A stretch of DNA of 64,000 nucleotides, from positions 3,296,001 through 3,360,000 of the forward strand of contig CAVOFT010000001.1 in NCBI GenBank assembly GCA_963695095.1, written 5' to 3'. The stretch is from an uncultured bacterium. Its GTDB lineage: Bacteria > Krumholzibacteriota > Krumholzibacteriia > JACNKJ01. Every line of letters begins with the position of its first letter. Position 1 is the stretch's first letter. Under the pieces are notes generated by a model. The model saw only the letters and a list, made by a program, of their open reading frames with translations, searched no databases and had not been told where the DNA came from. The position numbers and the translations under genes were made by a program. This document shows, one piece after another, positions 10,163 through 24,209 of the stretch.

Positions 10163-11053
10163 TCAAATCTGCAATTGGCGCTGCGGCGGCGGGCAGAGGA
10201 TGCCCACGGGCTCGCCCGTCTCCGGATGCGCGAAGGCGAGGCGCATGGCGTGGAGCGAATAGCCCGTGTCGCCGGGCAGCGCGGCGCTCCCCTCCCGCAG
10301 GCCGCCGCCCGCGGCGTAGAGCGGGTCGCCCACCAGCGGATGCCCCGCGGCCGCCATGTGGATGCGGATCTGGTGCGGCCGGCCCGTCTCGATGCTGACC
10401 TCGACGAGGCTCGCCCCCTGCCGTCGCTCGAGGACATGCACGCCGCTGCGAGCGGCGCGGCCCGCGGGATTCGCGGCGAAGACCGATCCCAGCAGCGGGT
10501 GTGCGCCGCGCCCGATGCGCGCCTCGATCGTGAAGTCCTCCCGCTCGGGTTCGCCCGCGACGAGCGCGCGGTAGACCTTGAGGACGCGCCCCGCCCGCCA
10601 GGCCTGCGCGATCGCGCGCGCGGCAGCGGCCTTCCGCGTGAAGAGCACCAACCCCGAGGCGCCGCGATCGAGACGGTGCAGCGGCGCCGCGCCGGGGTAG
10701 CGAGCGCGCACGAGGGCGAGCAGGGTGTGCTCGAGGTAGCCGCCGCCCGGAAGCGTGGGCAGGCCGGCGGGCTTGGCGACGGCAACGAATGCCGGATCCT
10801 CATGGATCACTTCGAAAGTAAGCGGGGCCGCGGGCTCCTCCCAGGGCGGACGCGCCCAGCTGAGCGTGTCGCCGCGGGCAAGGACCTGCTCGGCCGACGC
10901 CGGCTGTCCAGCCACGCAGACCTGCCCTGCGGCGATGCGCGCGCGCCACTCCGCGCCGCTGCTGTGCGTGTAGCGCTCGGCCAGGTAGTCGAGCAGCGCG
11001 CGGCCGGCGCCGCGAGCGTCGATCCGCTCGCTGTAGGTGAAGCCGCGGTTCAT
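10163..11053 (-). CDS. RluA-family pseudouridine synthase with S4-like N-terminus
   Basis: KPAGLPT, HRLDRGASG catalytic motif, TGRPHQIRIH, GHPLVGDPLY, LHA. Confidence 0.92.
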   Translation of the reverse strand: MNRGFTYSERIDARGAGRALLDYLAERYTHSSGAEWRARIAAGQVCVAGQPASAEQVLARGDTLSWARPPWEEPAAPLTFEVIHEDPAFVAVAKPAGLPTLPGGGYLEHTLLALVRARYPGAAPLHRLDRGASGLVLFTRKAAAARAIAQAWRAGRVLKVYRALVAGEPEREDFTIEARIGRGAHPLLGSVFAANPAGRAARSGVHVLERRQGASLVEVSIETGRPHQIRIHMAAAGHPLVGDPLYAAGGGLREGSAALPGDTGYSLHAMRLAFAHPETGEPVGILCPPPQRQLQI

Positions 11054-11144
11054 AGCGGATCGGGGCCTTCCGTTGCTGGCATCGCGCAGCGAGGAGGCGC
11101 CGCGGCAAGCCTGGCGGCCACATCGCTCTGCAGCAGCCTCGGCG

Positions 11145-11867
11145 TCACCGATAGAGGGACTTGATCGCGCCCCAGGACGCTCGCTCGACTGGCGTCGTTG
11201 GCCAGATGAGCTCGCCGGCGATCACCGTGAAGTTGTCGAGCGCAGCCCGCACGGTCCAGTCCCGAAAGGCGTAGTCGTGGCTCCAGGCATGGAGCTGGAT
11301 CGCAATGTCACCGCTCGGCGCCCAATCCGTGAGCACTGGGGTCCAAGTGCCTGCACTGCCAAAATACCCCGTTTGCGTGGATCCCGACCGCACCAGGCGC
11401 AGACTGCCGCTCAAGTCGCTCGTTGGGACGAGCACGAAAGGACCAAAGTCGGCCACGTAGACCTCATGGGCGCCGAGGGGCTCGATAGCGGAGAGGCTGG
11501 AGCGCTCCATGCCGTAGTCGTCGAAGTTGGCATCGGTCAAGCCGATGGCCACACGCACGCCATTGTACAGGGGCCACGTGAGCAAATCGAAGTTGACGCG
11601 GATGTCGAAGTCACCACGCAGCTCGAAGCGGCTGATCAAGCGCGCGCCGAATTCCCCGCCTGAGGCATTCGCGGGCATGAAGAACTCGAGTCGCTGGTTC
11701 TGCTCGTGGAGCTGTGCCCCGTAGCCGTAGAGCTCGACCGTCCATACATCGGTCGCGATGTGATTGTCATTGAAGTTGTCCACGAACACCTGCGCATGCG
11801 CCGGTGCACCTGCGAGAATCAACAGCGTGGCGAAACCGACGCGTGCTCTTGCATTGGCGACACCCAT
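11145..11867 (-). CDS. Secreted beta-sandwich-like hypothetical protein ending TPVERASWGAIKSLYR
   Basis: GGAGG RBS, signal peptide ending AHA-Q, FVDNFND..W start, distinctive C-terminal motif. Confidence 0.7.
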   Translation of the reverse strand: MGVANARARVGFATLLILAGAPAHAQVFVDNFNDNHIATDVWTVELYGYGAQLHEQNQRLEFFMPANASGGEFGARLISRFELRGDFDIRVNFDLLTWPLYNGVRVAIGLTDANFDDYGMERSSLSAIEPLGAHEVYVADFGPFVLVPTSDLSGSLRLVRSGSTQTGYFGSAGTWTPVLTDWAPSGDIAIQLHAWSHDYAFRDWTVRAALDNFTVIAGELIWPTTPVERASWGAIKSLYR

Positions 11868-12141
11868 CTCATCCTCCCGTGTTTGCAGAACACCGTGCCA
11901 AGTATAGCTCAAGTCGGAAGGTTCTTGCAGCGCCGTGCGGCTTCCGCCTGGCGGAGGAACGTGCAATCCCGCGGCGAAGGTGTGGAATTGCATCTCCTCA
12001 GAGCCAGCGAACGCCAAGGACCAAGCGCGGAGCCGAGCAGACCGCGTGCGAGTGCGCAAGGGTGGTTGCATCGCTCGCGGCCCTGCGCTGCGTCCGATGG
12101 CGGACCACCGCGCCGGCTCTCGCCCGACGCGCCGCGCGCGA

Positions 12142-13149
12142 TCAGTGCGACCCGGCGCCACCGGCTCCCGATTGATCGGGCGCTGCGGAGGCGAGGGCCT
12201 CGCGCTCCCGAATCGCGTCGGCGTAGCGAATGACGCCGTCCGCGTAGGAGCCGATGGGATTGTAGCGGAGGAAGCCGCGCCTCCTGGGCGCGGCGCTCTG
12301 GCCGTAGCCGTTCGCCCGCAGGTAGCTGCCCACGCTGAAGACGGCGTCGGGCCAGTGATTGAGGTCGATGATCCCGTCGCCATCGCCGTCCGTGGCGTGC
12401 TTGAACGAGGCCGGCATGAACTGGGGATACCCGATCGCCCCCGCCCATGAGCCCAGCATGCGCGTGGGATCCTGCCCCTTAGCTTTGGCGAGCCTGAGCA
12501 GCGCGACCAGATTGGTGACCGCGCGCTTGTTCAGCTTCTCAAGGCGGCCGGCCTGCTCCTTCGGCGTCAGCTCGGCAGCGGCGGGCGGTCCGACAGTCGC
12601 CCGCTGCTCGTCGAGCGCGACCTGCATGGCCCGCTCGAGATAGAGCAACTGGGCGAGCAGCACGTTGAAGACGCGATGGCGGCCCACGTGTCGCCCCAGC
12701 CCCGATTCCCACATCAGGATCGCGACGATGTCCTGTCGGGCGACCCGGTAGCGCTCCTCCGCCGCCCGCAGCAGCGCGTCGTGCTCCCGCAGGAAGTCGA
12801 CGCCGGCCTGCAGCCGTTCGGGCTGCATGAGCTTCTGCGCGTACTCGGCATGATCCTGATCCTGATTGCGCTTGCTGCCGGGTACGGCGTAGCGGAAGAG
12901 CGCCTGGCGGTCGACCTCCGGATCGGCCTGCGCGCAGTAGGCGAGGAACTCCGCCTCGCTGACGGGCAGCCCTTCCCCGGTCGGGCTCGCCAAGCGTCGC
13001 AGCAGCTCTGCGATGTCGGGATTCGCCGGCGCGCCGCCGGGAAGGACGGCTTCGGCGGAGATCGCCCACGGCTCCGGCGCCTGGGCATGGCCGATCTCCG
13101 GCCCGGCCACGGCGACGGCGATGGTCAGGAGCAGCGCCGAACGCTTCAA
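12142..13149 (-). CDS. mltB: Lytic murein transglycosylase B family (SLT_2)
   Basis: IVAILMWES (catalytic Glu), GSWAGAIGYPQFMPAS, EF-hand DGDGDGIIDL, SVGSYLRANG, RYN. Confidence 0.88.
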   Translation of the reverse strand: MKRSALLLTIAVAVAGPEIGHAQAPEPWAISAEAVLPGGAPANPDIAELLRRLASPTGEGLPVSEAEFLAYCAQADPEVDRQALFRYAVPGSKRNQDQDHAEYAQKLMQPERLQAGVDFLREHDALLRAAEERYRVARQDIVAILMWESGLGRHVGRHRVFNVLLAQLLYLERAMQVALDEQRATVGPPAAAELTPKEQAGRLEKLNKRAVTNLVALLRLAKAKGQDPTRMLGSWAGAIGYPQFMPASFKHATDGDGDGIIDLNHWPDAVFSVGSYLRANGYGQSAAPRRRGFLRYNPIGSYADGVIRYADAIREREALASAAPDQSGAGGAGSH

Positions 13150-13195
13150 CTTGGGTTCTCCCGTCGCCGCCGCGATGCGCGCCGTTTTTCCGCGC

Positions 13196-16430
<3,235 letters not shown>

Positions 16431-16494
16431 GCGGGCCTCCGAGTGCGCGCACAGGCGCGGCGAACGGCGTGGAGGAGGAAAATGAGCGGCTTCG

Positions 16495-16523
16495 AGTATG
16501 CGTCCGGCTTGTACGGCTGTCAA
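16495..16523 (-). promoter_or_regulatory. sigma70 promoter for amidohydrolase gene
   Basis: TTGACA-17 bp-CATACT on the minus strand, 65 bp upstream of ATG 16430. Confidence 0.6.
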
Positions 16524-16611
16524 CGCGCGCGCGCGCTGCGGATCCCTTGGTGCGGCGCTCGCCAGCGGTGGTCGCATTGACTCAAGGGATCAATTATGGT
16601 CTACTTACTGC

Positions 16612-18318
16612 ATGAAGAACTCGACAGCTCTCCGCCGGTCCGCCCTGTTCTGCCTCCTGGCCCTGCTTCTGGCGACCCCGTCCCGCGGGAACGAGCCGCA
16701 GCGCGCGCCGTCGCGGATCGCCGATCACCACGAGGTGCCGGACGACCCCTACATCGCCTCGCCCCGCGCGGAGCATCCCCGCTCGCCCGGCATGCGCTTC
16801 GGCTCGCGCTCGTTCATCACCGTCCAGGTGAACGTCGATGCCCTCGGGCAGAACATCGTCGGCGATGCGGCCAACGAGCCCTCCATCGCCGTCGACGCGA
16901 CGGATCCCGACAAGATCGTGATCGGCTGGCGGCAGTTCGACACCATCAGCAGCAACTTCCGCCAGGCGGGCTACGCCTACACGACCGACGGCGGCCTCAC
17001 CTGGACCTTCCCCGGCGTGATCGAACCCGGCGTCTTCCGCTCCGATCCCGTGCTGGACTCGGACGCGGACGGCGGCCTCTACTACAACAGCCTCACGGTC
17101 GAGAACGGCGACGAGTACCTCTGCGACGTCTTCCGTTCCTTCGCGGGAGGGATGAGCTGGGATTCAGGCGTGTCGGCCCGCGGCGGCGACAAGCAGTGGA
17201 TGGCGATCGACAAGTCCGGCGGCGTGGGCGACGGTCACATCTACGCTTTCTGGAACGCCTACTTCAGCAGCTGCGCGCCGGGCTCCTTCACCCGGTCCAC
17301 GGACGGCGGCGGCTTCTACGAGAGCTGCACCACGATTCCCGACAACCCCTACTGGGGCACGCTCACGGTGGCTCCGGACGGCGCGCTCTACACGGTCGGG
17401 GTGCCCCTCTTCGGCGACGACTTCGTCGTGACGCGCTCGGCGAACGCCCAGCAGGCCGGACAGGCCGTCACCTGGACCTCCACAGCCTTCGCCCTGGGCG
17501 GCTCGATCGACTCGAACACCGGCCCCAATCCCGGGGGCCTGCTCGGTCAGGCCCACATCGCGACCATCCCCGATGGCGGCCCGCAGGGTTACGCACTCTG
17601 CGTGCTCTGTTCGGTGAATCCGCCGGGGTCCGACCCGCTCGACATCAAGTTCGCGCGCAGCACGGATGGCGGCGCCACCTGGAGCGCGCCCGTCCGCGTG
17701 AACGACGACACCGGCAACGCCTGGCAGTGGTTCGGGACCCTGTCCACCAGCCCTTCCGGCCGCATCGACGCCGTCTGGCTCGACACGCGGGACAATCCCG
17801 GCACCTACCTGTCTTCTCTCTACTACGCCTACTCCACCGATGGCGGGCTGACCTGGTCGGAGAACGAGCGGCTGTCCGAGGCCTTCGATCCGCACGTCGG
17901 CTGGCCGAACCAGCAGAAGATGGGCGACTACTTCCACATGCTGTCCGACGACACGGGCTTCAGCCTCGCCTGGGCGGCCACCTTCAACGGCGAGCAGGAC
18001 GTCTACTACGCGCGCATGGGCCTGGGCCCCACCGCGGCCGGGGAGACGCCCCCGCCACCGGTCGCCCTCTTGAAGAGCGACCCGAACCCCTTCACGGCGA
18101 GCACCACGCTCCGTTACAAGGTGCCCCGTGCGGCCTTCGTCACCCTGGAGGTCTACGATCCCCTCGGGCGGCGGGTCGCGACGCTGGTTGCGGACGAGCG
18201 CCAGGCGGGATCCTACGTGACGCAGCTCGACGCGCAGGCCCTCCCCGGCGGCATCTACCTCTGCCGGCTCAGCGCGGGCGACTACCAGGACTCGGTGAAG
18301 CTGCTGCATCTGAAGTGA
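16612..18318 (+). CDS. Secreted BNR/Asp-box (sialidase-like) beta-propeller protein with T9SS-like C-terminal domain
   Basis: Signal peptide; repeated S/TxDGGxTW Asp-boxes; DKQWMAID; GDY; CTD PNPF..LEVYDPLGRRV..GIYLCRL..KLLHLK. Confidence 0.8.
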   Translation: MKNSTALRRSALFCLLALLLATPSRGNEPQRAPSRIADHHEVPDDPYIASPRAEHPRSPGMRFGSRSFITVQVNVDALGQNIVGDAANEPSIAVDATDPDKIVIGWRQFDTISSNFRQAGYAYTTDGGLTWTFPGVIEPGVFRSDPVLDSDADGGLYYNSLTVENGDEYLCDVFRSFAGGMSWDSGVSARGGDKQWMAIDKSGGVGDGHIYAFWNAYFSSCAPGSFTRSTDGGGFYESCTTIPDNPYWGTLTVAPDGALYTVGVPLFGDDFVVTRSANAQQAGQAVTWTSTAFALGGSIDSNTGPNPGGLLGQAHIATIPDGGPQGYALCVLCSVNPPGSDPLDIKFARSTDGGATWSAPVRVNDDTGNAWQWFGTLSTSPSGRIDAVWLDTRDNPGTYLSSLYYAYSTDGGLTWSENERLSEAFDPHVGWPNQQKMGDYFHMLSDDTGFSLAWAATFNGEQDVYYARMGLGPTAAGETPPPPVALLKSDPNPFTASTTLRYKVPRAAFVTLEVYDPLGRRVATLVADERQAGSYVTQLDAQALPGGIYLCRLSAGDYQDSVKLLHLK

Positions 18319-18319
18319 G

Positions 18320-18430
18320 GCCAGCGGTTCCCGCTCCGCTCGCTCGGACGCCTTGCACTCGATGGCCAGCTCCATGTCACCCACGATGAAGTCGACTTCG
18401 AAGCCCGAACTCGTCCGCCAGAAGCTCAGC
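18320..18430 (-). pseudogene. Fragment of DUF4143-type (AAA+ ATPase C-terminal PD-(D/E)xK) gene
   Basis: Isolated LSFWRTSSGFEVDFIVGDMELAIECKAS, with no upstream ATPase part. Confidence 0.6.
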
Positions 18431-18526
18431 GCGTGTGTACTCCCGCCTTCCTGCCCCGGTGCCGTGAGGAAGGCAGCAGCGCTGCAGCAGCCACTCGCGC
18501 GGTCATCCTCGCCCTTCAGTGCCCGG

Positions 18527-18561
18527 GAAAGCAAGAGCCCGCAGCTTCAGGGCTGCGGGCT
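18527..18561 (-). terminator. Intrinsic terminator hairpin
   Basis: 10-bp stem AGCCCGCAGC/GCTGCGGGCT (18536-18561) followed on minus by CTTGCTTT, just after stop 18586. Confidence 0.6.
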
Positions 18562-18585
18562 GGGCGTCAAACAGCCGTTTCGATG

Positions 18586-18675
18586 CTAGTACAAAGCCTT
18601 GACGCTTGACCAGGCGCTGCTCTCGGTAGCGGTGCCGCCGATCGTGAACTCGACGTAGGTGTCCCGAGGCCACAT
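18586..18675 (-). pseudogene. Short ORF or C-terminal gene remnant MWPRDTYVEFTIGGTATESSAWSSVKALY*
   Basis: Hand-translated; ends in the same W-x-x-[IV]-K-x-L-Y motif as the 11145 gene; followed by a terminator. Confidence 0.55.
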
Positions 18676-18855
18676 CCCCCTGCGACAGCAGCCCCCAAAC
18701 GATCACGCCGGCAGGATCCCCACGTCCTTGCAGTCGAATCGATAGGAACTTGTGACTGCCCTGCCTCGGTGCTAGGATCTTGCCTCGTCCAACATCCGGT
18801 AGCAATCAGCGGCTCCGGGGCCACTCAAGACAACACGAGGCATCCTCCGTTTATC

Positions 18856-19512
18856 ATGAATCCTGAAGCTCTTGATGGCAGCGACGATCAGTCGACGATC
18901 CCCCCCGCTCGAAAGGAGCGACAATGGCAGGCGTCCGCCCGCAGGTGGGCGCTGGAGCTGCTCATTGTCTTCGTAGGAGTCTATGCTGCCTTCGCTCTAT
19001 CCGAACACCAACAGCATCTGCAAACAGTTGCGCATCGCGATCAGATCCAGCAAGCACTCTTGCTCGAAATCGAGGAGATCACCGTCCGCACCCGTCGGGC
19101 CGCCGAGACGATCCCTCAGGTTGCTGCCTACTATGATTCGAGCATCGCTGCAGGCGGAATGCCGCCGCTGCAGCCGATGATCGAACCGCTGAACGTGCAC
19201 CCGCACATGTGGGAAGCCGTCCTGCAGAGCGGCGGTTTGAATCTGCTGGACGTATCGACCCTGTACCGGATCTCCGAGTTCTACAACGCGTTGAACGCCG
19301 GCTTCGAGCAGTTGCGTCAGCTGCGACAGCTTTCGGAAGCCGTGCTCATTCCGAACCTGGATCGCGGCTCCGGGGAGTTCTACGATCCCGTGACGAAGCA
19401 GCTGCGCCCGAAGTACGCGTGGTACCCGCAGGGATTGCGCAGAGTAGGAGATCTCGCCTTCGGCATTACCGAACTCGGCGATGGCTTGGTGGCGGACTTG
19501 AAGGAGGATTGA
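18856..19512 (+). CDS. Hypothetical membrane-anchored helical protein
   Basis: ELLIVFVGVYAAF TM followed by helical region WEAVLQSGGLNLLD..ISEFY. Confidence 0.65.
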   Translation: MNPEALDGSDDQSTIPPARKERQWQASARRWALELLIVFVGVYAAFALSEHQQHLQTVAHRDQIQQALLLEIEEITVRTRRAAETIPQVAAYYDSSIAAGGMPPLQPMIEPLNVHPHMWEAVLQSGGLNLLDVSTLYRISEFYNALNAGFEQLRQLRQLSEAVLIPNLDRGSGEFYDPVTKQLRPKYAWYPQGLRRVGDLAFGITELGDGLVADLKED

Positions 19513-19576
19513 TTCCCTTGGTCCGGGGGCCTTCGCATGAAGGTCCGCTTCTCGCCTTGGGGAGCCAACCCCGCGA

Positions 19577-20634
19577 TTACATCTCGGCGTGGTAGGGACA
19601 AGCGGCGAAGTGCTCGGTCGCCACTTCGACCAGCGGCGGCCGCGCCTCGGCGCAGGCCGGCCGCGCGATCGGGCAGCGGGCGCGGAAGACGCAGCCGCTG
19701 GGCTTGTTGATCGGCGTGGGCACGTCGCCCTTGAGGATGATGCGCCCCGCCCGCGACTTGCGGGGGTCCGGCAGCGGCACCGCCGACAGCAGCGCCTTGC
19801 TGTAGGGATGCAGCGGGTGGTGGTAGACCTCGAGGGCCGGCCCCAGCTCCACGATGCTGCCCAGGTACATCACCGCGATGCGCGTGCTGATGTGCACCAC
19901 CACGCTCAGGTCGTGCGCGATGAACAGGTAGGTGAGGCCGAACTCCTCCTGCAGGTCCATGAGCAGGTTGATCACCTGCGCCTGGATGGAGACGTCCAGC
20001 GCGCTCACCGGCTCGTCGGCGACGATGAGCCTGGGGTTCGTGGCCAGCGCGCGCGCGAAGCCGATGCGCTGGCGCTGTCCGCCCGAGAACTCGTGCGGAT
20101 AGCGGTGGCTCTGCTCGGCGCTGAGGCCCACCTTGTCCAGCAGCCAGCCCACGCGCTCCATGCGCTCGCCGCGGCTCATGCCGCGCTTGTGGAGGGTGAG
20201 CGGCTCCTCGATGATCTGCCCGACCGTTAGCCGGGGGTTCAGCGAGCTGTAGGGATCCTGGAAGATCATCTGCAGGTCGCTGCGGTAGGGCCGCAGCTTG
20301 CGGCGGCCGAGGCCAAGCAGATCCACCTCGCCCCGTTCGCTGGCGAAGTAGGCGTGGCCCTTGATCTCCACGTCGGGCGCGGTGGTCCAGAGGATGTTGA
20401 GCAGGGCCCGGCCCACCGTGCTCTTGCCGCAGCCGGACTCGCCGACCAGGCCCAGGGTCTCGCCGGGGCGGATGGCGAAGCTCAGGTCGTCGACGGCGTG
20501 CACCTCGGCCTGCTTGCGCAGCATGATGCCGCCGAAGATGGGATAGCGCACGTCGAGGCCCTCGACGCGGAGCAAGGCTCCGCCCCCGGGGGCGGCCGGA
20601 GCTGTGCCGACCGGCGGCGTCGATTGCGGCTCGC

Positions 20635-20638
<4 letters not shown>
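19577..20638 (-). CDS. oppF: Oligopeptide ABC transporter ATP-binding subunit (OppF-like)
   Basis: [32 protein letters not shown]..CxFxxRC oligo_HPY tail. Confidence 0.9.
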
Positions 20639-21631
<993 letters not shown>

Positions 21632-21632
21632 C

Positions 21633-22698
21633 TCAGCGCAACCTCGAGAAGACCTTGGGGTCGAAGGCCTCGCGCACGGCCTCGCCGATGAAGGTCACCA
21701 TGAGCAGGGTGAAGAAGAGCGCGGTCAGCGGCGTGAGCACCAGCCACCAGGCGTTGGTGATCTCGTCCATGCCCTGCTGCACGAGCTGGCCCCAGCTCGG
21801 CGTCGGCGGCGGCAGGCCGAAGCCGAGGAAGTCGAGGCTCACCAGCGAGCCGATGTAGGCCACCACGCGCGAAGGGCGCGAAGCTGACCACCGGCGTCAG
21901 GGCATTGGGCAGGATGTGCCGGAAGATGACCTGCCGGTTGGACGCCCCCATGGCGATCGCGGCGGCCACGTAGTCCTTCGCCTTCTCGCGGTAGAACTCG
22001 CCGCGCACGTAGTAGGTCATGCCCATCCAGCCGAAGCAGGGTGAGCACCAGCACGAGCAGCGCGAAGTTGGGCTGCAGGATGGAGCTGATGATGATCATC
22101 GTGTAGAGGAAGGGCATCGCGCTCCAGATCTCGATCGAAGCGCTGCACGCTGATGTCGAAGCGCCCGCCGTAGTAGCCGAGCAGGGCGCCGATGGTGATG
22201 CCCACCACGTAGGAGACCAGCGTCGTGATCAGCGCGAAGCTGATCGAGATGCGGAAGCCGTAGAGCAGGCGCGCGAAGACGTCCCGGCCGCGGTTGTCGG
22301 TGCCGCACCAGTGGGCGCGGCTGGGATGGTGCGGCGGCTGGCCGGGCAACTCCAGCAGCGACTCGTTCGGGTGGTAGGGGTAGAGCGGCATCAGCGCGAA
22401 GCCGCTGCCCTCGGCCCTGAAGCGCGCGGCCAGCTTGCGATAGTTCGGCTCCTCGCCGCCCTCGCCGCCAAAGGTGCTGCCGGGGTAGAAGTGCAGCAGC
22501 GGGAAGTAGGTCCTGCCCTCGTAGCGCACGAAGAGCGGCTTGTTGTTCACCATCAAGGGCAGCAGGAAGGAGAGCGCGTAGAATCCCGTGAGCAGCAGGA
22601 AGGAGTACCAGCCGCGCTTGATGCGGCGGAACTTGCGCAGCCGCTTGCGAAAGAGGCTGACGCTCGACCTGCTCGCCCTTTGCGCCTTGAGCTGCCAC
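21633..22698 (-). CDS. Peptide ABC transporter permease (OppC/YejE-like; frameshifts)
   Basis: [34 protein letters not shown] loop [45 protein letters not shown]; start approximate. Confidence 0.85.
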
Positions 22699-22706
22699 CG
22701 CCCCCC

Positions 22707-24194
22707 CTACTTGAACCGGATGCGCGGGTCGATCACCGCGTAGAGGATGTCGCTGAAGATGTTGCCGAAGAGCCTCAGCAGCGAGCTGATCACCAGGATG
22801 CCCAGCACCACCGGATAGTCGCGCTTGATGATGCTGGTGAAGCCGAGCAGGCCGAAGCCCTGGATGTTGAAGACCTTCTCGATCAGATAGCTGCCGGCCA
22901 GGACCAGGCTGAGCAGGTGGCCGAGGCCGGTCGCAATCGGGATCAGGCTGTTGCGCAGGGCGTGCACGAAGATGACGCGCCGCTCCGGCAGGCCCTTGGC
23001 GAAGGCCGTGCGCACGTAGTCCTGGCCCAGGTTCTCGAGCAGGGAGTTCTTCATCACCACGGTGAGCGTGGCGAAGCTGCCCACCATGTAGGCGATCACG
23101 GGCAGAATGGTATGGTGCAGCTGGTCGAGGATCTTCGCGCCGAGGCTGAGCTGCTCCCAGCCGGCGCTGCGGAATTCGCCCAGCGGAAAGACGTTCCAGA
23201 AGCTGCCGCCGCCGAAGAGCACGAGCAGCACGGCGCCCAGGGCCCAGCCCGGAATCGAGTAGCCGAGAAAGACGATGGCGCTGCTCGCCATGTCGAAGCG
23301 GCTGGTGTGCTTGATCGCCTTGGCCACGCCCAGGGGCACGCAGACCAGGTAGCTGAGCATGAAGCCGATCAGTCCGAAGTAGATGGACACCGGAAAGCGC
23401 TTCTTGATCACATGCGCCACCGGCTCGGCGTAGACGTAGCTCTTGCCCATATCTCCCGTGAGCAGCCCACTGAAGCGCGTCCAGGCCACGGTGAGCTGGG
23501 GCTCGGCGCTCTCCGCGTCCGGCGGCTTGACCTCGGTGATCCGCCAGCGCTTGGTCACCGCCTCCTTGTCCAGTTCGAGCTGCCAGTTGCCGGCGGGCCC
23601 GCGGACGGCGCGCGCGCGCACGAGGCCGGGCAGCTCGGTCCACTCGCCGGCGGCCAGGGCCGTGCTGTCCTCCATGTTGCGCACCCAGGTGCCCGCGAAC
23701 TTGAGCCAGGCGACCACCACCGTCGAATCCGTCTCGCCGGCCGCGGGCGCACGGACTTCGGCGATCTGCCAGCGCTCGCTGAGCTCCGCCAGGTCCCACT
23801 CGAGGCGGTACTCGCTCGCGCCCTCGGCCACGGGCAGGGCGCGCGCCTTGATGCCCCGCTCGATCTGCTCCCACTTGCCGGGGGTGAGCGTGGCGCCATC
23901 CATTTCGCGGGGCCAGAGGCCCAGCCAGCGCAGGTAGCGAATGTGCACCGGCTTGTCGAAGCCGTAGAAGCGGCGCATCTCGGCCAGCGCGTCAGGCGGA
24001 ATCTCGATGCCGCCCATGGCGTCCGCGCTCGCGCCGGCCGTCTCGCCGCCCATCATCATCCCCGCCTGGAGCCTGAGCAGCTCCTGCTCGAGCGGCCCAC
24101 CGGGCACGAGCTGCATGATCACGAAGACCAGCAGCGTGATCCCCAGGAAGGTGGGCACCACGAGCAGGAAGCGGCGGATGAAGTAGCTGGTCAT
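22707..24194 (-). CDS. Peptide ABC transporter permease (OppB/YejB-like) with duplicated periplasmic insert
   Basis: YFIRRFLLVVPT..PGGP, GFDKP, DYVRTAFAKGL..HALRNSLIP, DYPVV, DPRI. Confidence 0.9.
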   Translation of the reverse strand: MTSYFIRRFLLVVPTFLGITLLVFVIMQLVPGGPLEQELLRLQAGMMMGGETAGASADAMGGIEIPPDALAEMRRFYGFDKPVHIRYLRWLGLWPREMDGATLTPGKWEQIERGIKARALPVAEGASEYRLEWDLAELSERWQIAEVRAPAAGETDSTVVVAWLKFAGTWVRNMEDSTALAAGEWTELPGLVRARAVRGPAGNWQLELDKEAVTKRWRITEVKPPDAESAEPQLTVAWTRFSGLLTGDMGKSYVYAEPVAHVIKKRFPVSIYFGLIGFMLSYLVCVPLGVAKAIKHTSRFDMASSAIVFLGYSIPGWALGAVLLVLFGGGSFWNVFPLGEFRSAGWEQLSLGAKILDQLHHTILPVIAYMVGSFATLTVVMKNSLLENLGQDYVRTAFAKGLPERRVIFVHALRNSLIPIATGLGHLLSLVLAGSYLIEKVFNIQGFGLLGFTSIIKRDYPVVLGILVISSLLRLFGNIFSDILYAVIDPRIRFK

Positions 24195-24209
24195 GCGGCG
24201 CCGGATCCC

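Noticed and set aside
19527..19538. 12-mer GGGCCTTCGCAT shared by the hairpins at about 19.5 kb and 33.3 kb
   Set aside because: Too short to exceed chance in GC-rich sequence, and the flanks are unrelated
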